Positions 50,421-61,200 of a stretch of 64,000 bases of DNA are shown here, piece by piece. Both the position numbers and the translations under genes were made by a program. The notes under the pieces were generated by a model. That model was given only the letters and a program-made list of their open reading frames with translations. It made no database searches and was not told the origin of the DNA. Source of the stretch: Chlorokybus atmophyticus (lineage: Eukaryota; Plantae; Mesostigma and Chlorokybus algae); assembly GCA_009103225.1 (NCBI GenBank), contig RHPI01000277.1, forward strand, positions 518,074-582,073, written 5' to 3'. How positions within the stretch are numbered: the stretch's first letter is position 1; every line of letters starts with the position of its first letter.

Positions 50421-52575
50421 ATTGGCGATCATAACTGCGTTGGCGTGGATGCGCAGCCGCTTGAATCGTCGATAGCGTGTGCGTGGGGTGACTGCTGCTG
50501 CAGTCTCCTCCGGTGGTGTCGAGCGCAGTGCGGCAAGCACCCCTCAACCAGCTAGGTCTTAAAAACCGCCTTGACTGCGGCTTGGCCCGAACCGTCCTTG
50601 TCTTGGCTGTTGATAAACACGCTGTGGCCTGGGTGCTGACGGTGCTGCCTGTGGCTGCCCTGGTTGTGGCACAGGGGGATTGCGTCTCTATGTGGCCGGG
50701 GTCAAATCCTGGCGGCGTAGCCAGTGGCTGTTGGGGAAACCTTGGAGAACCGGGTGTTTGTGGGCCCGCCTCCCGTGCAGCCTGTTCTTTCACATAAGTC
50801 CAGCGCACTGCATGAGCTGCCTCCATGACCAGTGTACCTTCCCATGTGGCTGTTGGGTTGTTGACCACGTCACTCCAGCGGTGATTCTGAGGCATGGGCT
50901 CGAGATACACTGCGTGTAGGAGCCGCGCTCTTATATTGTGGGTGATGGTGGGAACCCTTAGGATTCCTTCCATGTAGGCATCCCACTTGCCATTGCCCAC
51001 CCCCACTTCCAGCATCGTTGTTGCTCGCGCCCGCACAGTGAGGTAAATCTCTGGCTGTTAAATATGCTGCTCGTAAGCAGCTGCGATGCGTCTGCGTTGC
51101 CGCGCTGCTTCCACCCCTGGCAACCTCAATATGGCCTCTTGTGCTCCTTCAAAAGTGTCAGTGGTTGCCGAGGCAACCTAATCATAGGCTTGCCGTAGCG
51201 AGCGCAGGAAGGCGTCCAACCAGAACAACCTGGTGCCGAATGCGAACAGGGGAACTGCGCGGTGATTGGTGACTAGCCAAGTCACCAGTCTTGCTCGAGC
51301 TGCATTACCACCTTCCCGCATCCCCAACATTCGTCTCAGGCCGATGCTTTCTTATCGGTGCAGCATGGGTGCTTGTCGCAACAAGGCTGTGCGAAGTTGC
51401 TATTCCCCGATCGAACCTGCTACATCTCGTTGTGTCCACCCTTGCGGTGTGAGGTAGCCTCTCCCTGAATCCCGTTGATCTTTAGGCAAGTCTTCCAACA
51501 AGGCGGGTAGTAGCGGGGCGATCACCCCCGTGGTTTGTTGGGGCAGCGCCCTCGTCTGGTCACTGTCGGGCCCACCGACGAGAGGTGTCGTACTGGATGA
51601 TGGGCCAGCGCTAATGGGTTGAAAAACGCCAGCGCGAGCATTGGCAAGGGCGTGTGCTCTTGCGTCGGTTGCTGCTGCTTGGTCCTGTCGCCAGGTGAAC
51701 GCCTGTTCCAGCGCGGTTTAGCGCTCATAAAGTTGAACGGTATTGAGGGGCCTCAATGCTTCGTTGTCACCCAGAGGCATGTCGGCTGTATCAGCAATAC
51801 GCTGCTGTACGTTGAATTATCGGTCCCAATGCGTGTCCAGTGGGCTGGGCTCAAAGGGTTCATGACGGACTGGTGCGGGTTGGCGTGGCGCCGTCTGCAT
51901 GTCGTTATGCAGAGTCCAAAACAACTGTAGTGCCAACTCCAGTACAACAGGTGTTCTGACTACGAAGACACGGTCTCACATGAGAGGCGCCGTGCCGGCG
52001 AGGATTTTATTCTCCAGTTGCCGCTGAGTCTGTTCTGGCCGCGTGTAATATTCAGGCAGTGGGAAGACTCGGTCACTGCGTTCAACGTGTGTTGTGCGCT
52101 CCCCTCCGCGCCCAAAAGCAATGGTAGTGGGATCTGCTCCACGCATGATGGTCTCCCAAGCACGCTCAGCTTGCTGACCTCGCGGGACAGCTTGAGTGAC
52201 ATCGAGGGCGGGCAATGTAGCTGCGCGTGTCGCTGCGGTGGCAGCAGGCTCGACGATGGCATTGCCGGTGGTGGCGAGAGTGCCGCTCAATGGCGCGAGG
52301 GTGGTCTCAACGCTTGCTGACATAGGTGGTCCTGCAGTTGGAGCGGGACCGGTGCGACCTACTGCTGCAGGGTCGGTGACAGCAGTGGATGTTGCCTGCG
52401 TGCTAAGTGGTGTTGGCGCGACGGTGCTCACTGGCAGACCAATTTCGGGTGAAATTGGAGCTGTTGCTGCTGATGTTGACGGAGTCGATGGCGTAGCCGG
52501 TGTAACTGTTGCTGCGGGTGCAGCACCATTGGTGGCTTTAAGGGAGGTAGCTGCTGACGATATTGCGATTTTCCC

Positions 52576-54613
52576 TCAAACTCGTAGGGATGGTCGAAAA
52601 CGCGACAGAGTGCTGGTATCTCTCGTGCGCTTTGGAGCCATTAGTGCCCACCAGGCCGAGTAACAGGTGCGGTAGTCCTGCTCCCTATCTTCATCTAAGC
52701 ATGCCATACGCGCCATAAGGGCAGCCATATGGTCATCAGCTGGCGGGTTGGCTGGAGCCTTGGCGGCAACAGCAGCAGTGTGCGGACGTCCTTCCAGTCC
52801 CTTGCGCTGAGGAGGGCGATTCTTCCCCCTGTAGCCTTGCTCTTCCTTGCAAGCGTTGGCGTAGTTGTTGGTGTTGTTATGGCCTCCGGTGTGATTGCTG
52901 TTGTAGCCACCAGAGTTGTTGCCGTTGTGGCCTCCAGTGTTGTTGCTGTTGTAGCCACCAGGGTTGTTGCCGTTGTAGCTGTTGACGGGTCTCAACTCAG
53001 GGAACTTGAGCCAGCAGATTGACTTCAAGTGGCCTATCTTGTGACAGTATGCGGAGACTGTTGAAGGACTAGCATGCACATGTAGTTAAGGCAAGCATAG
53101 ACACAAAGAGACAGAGCTACCGCCACCAGAGCATACACAAGTCACATCACATTCATCTATTACAAGTTGTCCGCTGGTTCTTATACCAGCCAGTTACACA
53201 CACGTCTACGTTTGCAAGCACTGCGTAAGCTGTACTCAGCCTTTTGACGCGCTCTAAGCTGTGTTGTCTTTCTTACAATCAGAGCTTTCCAACAAGCACT
53301 TACACGCCTAATATGAGTAAGTATACGCGGAGATACAAAGCAGTTAGCAAGGCTCCAGTCTGGAGTCCGTAGGCTGGTCCGACGACGCCATCTTGCTAAG
53401 TCCGGACCTAGTGCTCATCCTTACGACCTTCTACTCCTGTGTGGAGGGTCGATGCTGATTGTATGTAGGAATGACTCTCAACAGAGACCAGAGTTGAGTA
53501 CTCTTCGGTGCACTCCTTTTGGTAGTGCCCATGCCGTCCACAGCAATGACACAGCACAGGGGCAGGCAAAGCAGTATGCGCTGACCGTTTCCCTTTGTCG
53601 CATGCTGGTGGAGCGTCCCGGCCACGTTCGCGACGAGGAGAATCGACGGTCGTGCTGGCTACAGGCCGTGAGGTGCTGCGGTTGGTGTCGAGCACTGCCT
53701 TCTTATACACCAAGCACTTATGGATGGCTTGTGCAGTCTCAAAAGCTTCCTTGAGCGTGTAGCCAAGGGGCCTGCTGTAGTTCAGGGTCAGGCGCGTCAA
53801 CTCGCTCAGGCTTGCATCCAACTCATTGACATATACCACTGCAGCCGCCTCGTCACTGACGATATTGTAGTCAGTGTCCTTCAATAGCCCTTCCAGTCTG
53901 GAGTACAGGCGTAGAGGGTCCTCATTGGGCTTGTGTCGGAACCGCCTCAACTCCTCCAATTTGCTAGTGGTCTGCGGTGGGAAGGTGCGACGAAGTGCAG
54001 TATAGATCCTTGAGTGGAGAGTCAGAGATGGCAGCACCTACAATGATGGTTGGTGCGCGCAGTGCAACTGACCCGAGGGTGAAAGCACTGCCTCCCGCAC
54101 GAGAGCCAGGTGTTGCCAAAGGTAGGGGTGTGCCCACCTCAATTGCTGCTGTTCGTTGTTCCTCAAAGATTGCAGCAGAACGGTCCAGGATCCGGGCCCG
54201 CCGCGCGGCCGTCTTGATCTCAATCTCTGCAGGGGTCAGGTTGGCAATCACCAACTCAGGTTCCTCCTCCTCTGCTCTGTCGGTGGCTGCCGCTATAGAC
54301 AACCCGGTGACTGCAGCGGGAGTGGCAGGTGGAAAGACGGCTGCTGGACTGTGCCGTGACGCAGATGCTATGGTACTGGCAAGCTCGCCATAGCCATCAA
54401 CTCGATGCAGTTAAGCAACAGACTTCCAGACATCATGTGCCTCATGGTCCATATACTGAGCAGCAATGTGAAAGAAATCTCATCTGACCAGTCTTTGTTC
54501 TTCAGAGCCTGCTGTCGCATCTTGGAGTGGAACTTGATGATGATTTGGTCCAGCGAGGTAGTGCCAGCACATCCGGAGAAACGCAGGGACATGGTTGAGC
54601 TAAAAGACTCCAT
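52576..54613 (-). pseudogene. Gag-like region of the outer element with two zinc knuckles
   Basis: LEELRRFRHKPNEDPLRLYSRL (gag-like), CHCCGRHGHYQKEC, a second degenerate knuckle SAYCHKIGHLKSIC and an Asn/Gly repeat; frameshifts. Confidence 0.7.
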
Positions 54614-55028
54614 CTCGTAGTCGTCACTGTCGGACGAGAGTGGGGAAGCTTGATGCCGAGGAGTGGACAGGAACGGAGTGAAGTCGGAGACAGAACGCGA
54701 GCCTCTGCTGCTACGATCGTTGCTCCCGTCACTGGTCCATCGTAGGTGAGGTTGGAGGTTGGGCTTCAGCTGCTGAGGTCACCTTCGTATGGGAGAGAAC
54801 GGGGTGGGCCTGCTCATACAGCTAGTCCAAAGGTGAAAGTGTATGCAGGGTAGAGTGTTTGTGCTTTATCGCCTGTCTCAATGCCGCTACCACTCACCAC
54901 TAGTGCTTGTGTGCGCACTATGTAATGATAGTGATAACGAACCGCACAGGGATGTGTCCCCAGATACAGACTGCACTATCTGATTCAAAATGCAACGCAC
55001 TCACTTGAGCAAAGAGGGTGACACTGTG

Positions 55029-55714
55029 AGTCAACAAGCCACTACTATAGGTAGTGCTGTTTACACAGTTCTTTGCATGAGCGGAAAATGTGTTACACTA
55101 TTAAGTGAGGTGAATGAGTAAGCAACACGTGGATACTATGCCCTGATTGATGCCAACAAACACGTTGCAACCATGCACACCAAGCTCACAGCGATTACAA
55201 GCACGATGCACACACAAGCATGCACAGGCTCTCACACAATGAGGGGTTTTTTAGTAACCGGGATGGCGTGTTCGCAGTTCAAGTTGTTGCACAAGCTCTT
55301 AGCTTTCTCACTCATAATGTCACCAGCTGATCCGGTGAACACTGTGACTACTTATACAAGTCAAATTATGACTGTTCAAAACATAAGTTAACGTTCATAT
55401 CGAGGCTATTTCCACAGCGATTGTCACTCGATATAGAACACAACTTATAACTGAACTCACAACTTAAGCTAACGGTCATATCGAGGCTATTTCCACAGCA
55501 ATTGTCACTCGATATAGAACACAACTTATAACTCAACTCACAACTGAACAGCTACGCGCGGTGCCTAGGTAGGCTATGGTCGTGAGCTACTCTTGGGTCA
55601 TGACCTAGCTACTGGACAGTGACGCGCGCGCGCTGGTATGCTGGTAGGCCGGGCGATGGTTTTGATGTAGCCATGCTTGATAAAGGCTGGTATGCGTGGG
55701 CAGTAGGCATGACA
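55029..55714. repeat. Terminal repeat unit A1 with an ~80-bp internal tandem duplication
   Basis: Copy of 37639-38248; the segment ...catatcgaggctatttccacagc...cacaacttataact... occurs twice (~55385-55545). Confidence 0.9.
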
Positions 55715-56099
55715 GAGGGGATGGCAATAACTTGCAGCAAAGAGGCGAGTGAGTATAAAGTTACCATATAGATTGAGTGTATTACAGTGTATAATGGTAT
55801 TGTACAAGGAGGATGCATAACTTATAGGTTAATAAGCTAAAGCTCAGAAGCTAATTAACAAATATGCCATAATAGCAGGCAAACTCTACAACAAGGCAAG
55901 GGCGTAGCTCACCATAGTTCACTAAATCCTCATATGTGCACAAATTGTATACATTACGGTCATACCATGTAGTCACACAGCTCAGATATACCATAGTTCG
56001 CGTGCCACCTGCAGCAATGCTGCTAAGGGATGGCTTATGCAAGGAGGGAACGAGAAAGGGGTCAAATTGTAGTGGGAGGGGCGTACCTAACGTAATATG

Positions 56100-56105
56100 C
56101 AAATG

Positions 56106-56142
<37 letters not shown>

Positions 56143-56268
56143 GTGTGTATACTGGGTAGGCAGCTACGTATGTACATATATATATATATATCATGTACAT
56201 ATACCATGTTAAATGTAATATGTGTATATATAATGCTTTATAAGATAATTGATATGTATTATACATAT

Positions 56269-56310
<42 letters not shown>

Positions 56311-56335
56311 ACATATATAACATATATATATATCA
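56100..56335. repeat. Compound (TA)n/(CA)n microsatellite
   Basis: Several tatata and cacaca runs. Confidence 0.95.
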
Positions 56336-58174
56336 ACGATCCACTATGACGGTGTTTGAATTTGCATACATGTGTTGACACGTCACACATATTAGTAATA
56401 ATAGTCATTGTTGGCAAGTATATGCTGACATTAACAACCAAATAATTAATATCACCTTGTAACATGAATATTATAAAGGGACATTTTGTGTCAGCTTAAA
56501 ATGGCAAATCGGAAAGGCTTCTTCTCATGTGGCAATATGTACTTGATTATGCCACACTGGTTTCCAATGTAATTATTGAATCGCAAGCAGTAAACATGCC
56601 TCCCTTTTTGGTTACCTGCCACAATAATTATGCATCTGATGCTCCTTAAAAAGACAATGTAATAAATAAAGTCTTATTTATGTTAAATGTTACGTGTCGT
56701 GCAAGCAGGCCTCGACTGCGGGGTGTGTCTCGTAGTGGGGTTGCGTACGCGAATGTGTACAAGTGTTAAGAATGAGTAAAGTTACTGGACAGCTTGCAAG
56801 AGGTCAAGCCAATGACACCGAAGCTGTGGTGTAGCAGCGAGTACGGGGGGCAGTGGGGAGGAAGAACAATTGTGTGGTACCCTTAGCTTGATCGGGGTGG
56901 TAGTCAACAAGCTCTTGGACAAGGATGCTTGGGAAATGCACACAGCTTGTCACGCAGTGTATATGTGCATAAGATGTAATAGCTAAGTAAGACGTGATTA
57001 CAAACTGCAAGCACCGTGTGCGCAAAAGTGAGCAAGCACAGTCACAATCGAATCGTGAGTGAGGTGCGTGCAAGCATTGCGACAGTGCAAGAGTGATGCA
57101 ATGTGCAGGTAGCAGATGTGATGGCCACTAGCATGAGAGCAAGAGTGTACAGGTGTACGGGCAAGGCAGGTCCGGCAAGAACACTGTTTGTCAGGGTAAT
57201 TGGTATGCTTAACAACACACAAACAGCGGTCGCTGAACTCACGGTACTACGAGGATCTGCTTCGCTGAGCCTCGGATGCTGATCGGCTCCAAGGTGGGCC
57301 AACTGGTCAGTCTCGGGCAGTGCCACCGCCGCTTCCGCTTCAGTCCGTCTACTTGCAACTCAATGCCGACGCTTCCGGCGGGAGTTGCCTAAGTCTGATG
57401 TCAACGAGGCCCGCCGCCATAGGGACTGCGTGCCTATTAGTGGAGGCCGGTGCTGGCAGTCGGCTGTCACGCGGCCCGCCGACATAAAGGGGCCGCGCCT
57501 TGATTGGCGGGGCTGAGGCCTACCGGTTGAATCGCGGCCGGCTGATTTAGATGTTAGTGAACCAACCCTGATGCGTGGTAGGCTGCAACAGGGAAATGCG
57601 TGTCGAGGGTTATCACTGTGACAGTGATCACTGAGCCTGCACATCTCAACCAGTATGTTATGTTATTTGCATTGATTTTGCAATGGCTCGGCAACATTTG
57701 CAATGATTGGGTCAAGAGCCACGTATTATAACATGTATAAAATGATGATTAACTGCATTTCAATTGCAAACGCGTTATGCAACATCCTGTATCCTATTCC
57801 TTTAATTTAATAAATCTGCAACACCAAGTTGCAATTTGGCTGTGCATTGAGTTGAGACAACTTTGGCTGTGGAATCGGAGCTACTTTTGCGAGCAATTGC
57901 AAACAAGCAATGCTTCACACATGGGCCATGTGACATGTCGCCAATCACCGAGGCCCAAAATGTCACTCATTTCAAGTGGCGTAGCGGATGTTCATTCTCT
58001 CAACCAAACCGCCTTACATCGAGGGGTCCTGCAACAGTCACGTGAGCAACTACCAGGCCAAATGCCCCCAGCGGCGGCGGGGTTGACGTCGTCATTGCCG
58101 TCGTTGTCGGTGATAACCTCACTTGTGTCTTCCTCAGACAACATGGCCGGGGTGCGGGCCAGAGAAAGAGGAGG

Positions 58175-58225
58175 CGGTGAAGGAGGAGGAGGAGGAGGAG
58201 GAGGAGGAGGAGGAGGAGGAGGAGG
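58175..58225. repeat. (GGA)n microsatellite ending at a single N
   Basis: ggaggagga... run followed by n at 58226. Confidence 0.95.
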
Positions 58226-58226
58226 N

Positions 58227-61200
58227 ACACACTTTTGACCTCGGTGCTGTGGGACGAGTCCACTCCTGTCAAGCGAATGCAAAGGGCTTGCTTGGTGATG
58301 CCAAGCACCTTGTCACGGCTGCCGGTTGCGGTGTCGAGCACGTATGGGCACGGCATCAGCTTAGCGCTGGTGATGCCAAGGTCACGTCGTGCAAGGTAAC
58401 GTCCAATGATGACAGGCTGGGCTCCGGATTCCAGCATCACCCGCTTGGGTGCTCGTCCATTGATAGTGACATGCTTGCCTTGATTGGCGATCATAACTGC
58501 GTTGGCGTGGATGCGCAGCCGCTTGAATCGTCGATAGCGTGTGCGTGGGGTGACTGCTGCTGCAGTCTCCTCCGGTGGTGTCGAGCGCAGTGCGGCAAGC
58601 ACCCCTCAACCAGCTAGGTCTTAAAAACCGCCTTGACTGCGGCTTGGCCCGAACCGTCCTTGTCTTGGCTGTTGATAAACACGCTGTGGCCTGGGTGCTG
58701 ACGGTGCTGCCTGTGGCTGCCCTGGTTGTGGCACAGGGGGATTGCGTCTCTATGTGGCCGGGGTCAAATCCTGGCGGCGTAGCCAGTGGCTGTTGGGGAA
58801 ACCTTGGAGAACCGGGTGTTTGTGGGCCCGCCTCCCGTGCAGCCTGTTCTTTCACATAAGTCCAGCGCACTGCATGAGCTGCCTCCATGACCAGTGTACC
58901 TTCCCATGTGGCTGTTGGGTTGTTGACCACGTCACTCCAGCGGTGATTCTGAGGCATGGGCTCGAGATACACTGCGTGTAGGAGCCGCGCTCTTATATTG
59001 TGGGTGATGGTGGGAACCCTTAGGATTCCTTCCATGTAGGCATCCCACTTGCCATTGCCCACCCCCACTTCCAGCATCGTTGTTGCTCGCGCCCGCACAG
59101 TGAGGTAAATCTCTGGCTGTTAAATATGCTGCTCGTAAGCAGCTGCGATGCGTCTGCGTTGCCGCGCTGCTTCCACCCCTGGCAACCTCAATATGGCCTC
59201 TTGTGCTCCTTCAAAAGTGTCAGTGGTTGCCGAGGCAACCTAATCATAGGCTTGCCGTAGCGAGCGCAGGAAGGCGTCCAACCAGAACAACCTGGTGCCG
59301 AATGCGAACAGGGGAACTGCGCGGTGATTGGTGACTAGCCAAGTCACCAGTCTTGCTCGAGCTGCATTACCACCTTCCCGCATCCCCAACATTCGTCTCA
59401 GGCCGATGCTTTCTTATCGGTGCAGCATGGGTGCTTGTCGCAACAAGGCTGTGCGAAGTTGCTATTCCCCGATCGAACCTGCTACATCTCGTTGTGTCCA
59501 CCCTTGCGGTGTGAGGTAGCCTCTCCCTGAATCCCGTTGATCTTTAGGCAAGTCTTCCAACAAGGCGGGTAGTAGCGGGGCGATCACCCCCGTGGTTTGT
59601 TGGGGCAGCGCCCTCGTCTGGTCACTGTCGGGCCCACCGACGAGAGGTGTCGTACTGGATGATGGGCCAGCGCTAATGGGTTGAAAAACGCCAGCGCGAG
59701 CATTGGCAAGGGCGTGTGCTCTTGCGTCGGTTGCTGCTGCTTGGTCCTGTCGCCAGGTGAACGCCTGTTCCAGCGCGGTTTAGCGCTCATAAAGTTGAAC
59801 GGTATTGAGGGGCCTCAATGCTTCGTTGTCACCCAGAGGCATGTCGGCTGTATCAGCAATACGCTGCTGTACGTTGAATTATCGGTCCCAATGCGTGTCC
59901 AGTGGGCTGGGCTCAAAGGGTTCATGACGGACTGGTGCGGGTTGGCGTGGCGCCGTCTGCATGTCGTTATGCAGAGTCCAAAACAACTGTAGTGCCAACT
60001 CCAGTACAACAGGTGTTCTGACTACGAAGACACGGTCTCACATGAGAGGCGCCGTGCCGGCGAGGATTTTATTCTCCAGTTGCCGCTGAGTCTGTTCTGG
60101 CCGCGTGTAATATTCAGGCAGTGGGAAGACTCGGTCACTGCGTTCAACGTGTGTTGTGCGCTCCCCTCCGCGCCCAAAAGCAATGGTAGTGGGATCTGCT
60201 CCACGCATGATGGTCTCCCAAGCACGCTCAGCTTGCTGACCTCGCGGGACAGCTTGAGTGACATCGAGGGCGGGCAATGTAGCTGCGCGTGTCGCTGCGG
60301 TGGCAGCAGGCTCGACGATGGCATTGCCGGTGGTGGCGAGAGTGCCGCTCAATGGCGCGAGGGTGGTCTCAACGCTTGCTGACATAGGTGGTCCTGCAGT
60401 TGGAGCGGGACCGGTGCGACCTACTGCTGCAGGGTCGGTGACAGCAGTGGATGTTGCCTGCGTGCTAAGTGGTGTTGGCGCGACGGTGCTCACTGGCAGA
60501 CCAATTTCGGGTGAAATTGGAGCTGTTGCTGCTGATGTTGACGGAGTCGATGGCGTAGCCGGTGTAACTGTTGCTGCGGGTGCAGCACCATTGGTGGCTT
60601 TAAGGGAGGTAGCTGCTGACGATATTGCGATTTTCCCTCAAACTCGTAGGGATGGTCGAAAACGCGACAGAGTGCTGGTATCTCTCGTGCGCTTTGGAGC
60701 CATTAGTGCCCACCAGGCCGAGTAACAGGTGCGGTAGTCCTGCTCCCTATCTTCATCTAAGCATGCCATACGCGCCATAAGGGCAGCCATATGGTCATCA
60801 GCTGGCGGGTTGGCTGGAGCCTTGGCGGCAACAGCAGCAGTGTGCGGACGTCCTTCCAGTCCCTTGCGCTGAGGAGGGCGATTCTTCCCCCTGTAGCCTT
60901 GCTCTTCCTTGCAAGCGTTGGCGTAGTTGTTGGTGTTGTTATGGCCTCCGGTGTGATTGCTGTTGTAGCCACCAGAGTTGTTGCCGTTGTGGCCTCCAGT
61001 GTTGTTGCTGTTGTAGCCACCAGGGTTGTTGCCGTTGTAGCTGTTGACGGGTCTCAACTCAGGGAACTTGAGCCAGCAGATTGACTTCAAGTGGCCTATC
61101 TTGTGACAGTATGCGGAGACTGTTGAAGGACTAGCATGCACATGTAGTTAAGGCAAGCATAGACACAAAGAGACAGAGCTACCGCCACCAGAGCATACAC

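Larger units (their letters stand above)
37413..55714 (-). mobile_element. Decayed Ty3/Gypsy-type retroelement with DNMT and PHD, split direct terminal repeats (outer element)
   Basis: Termini TGTC (37413) and GACA (55714), both flanked by GAGG (37409-12, 55715-18). Internal order on the - strand: gag/CCHC, protease, DNMT, RT, (RH-INT deleted), integrase tail, PHD, G7 tract. Confidence 0.8.

Noticed and set aside
56750-58200. Possible - strand gene fragments right of the element
   Set aside because: Only short, unrecognisable ORFs and splice-like signals; the region is truncated by the N at 58226.
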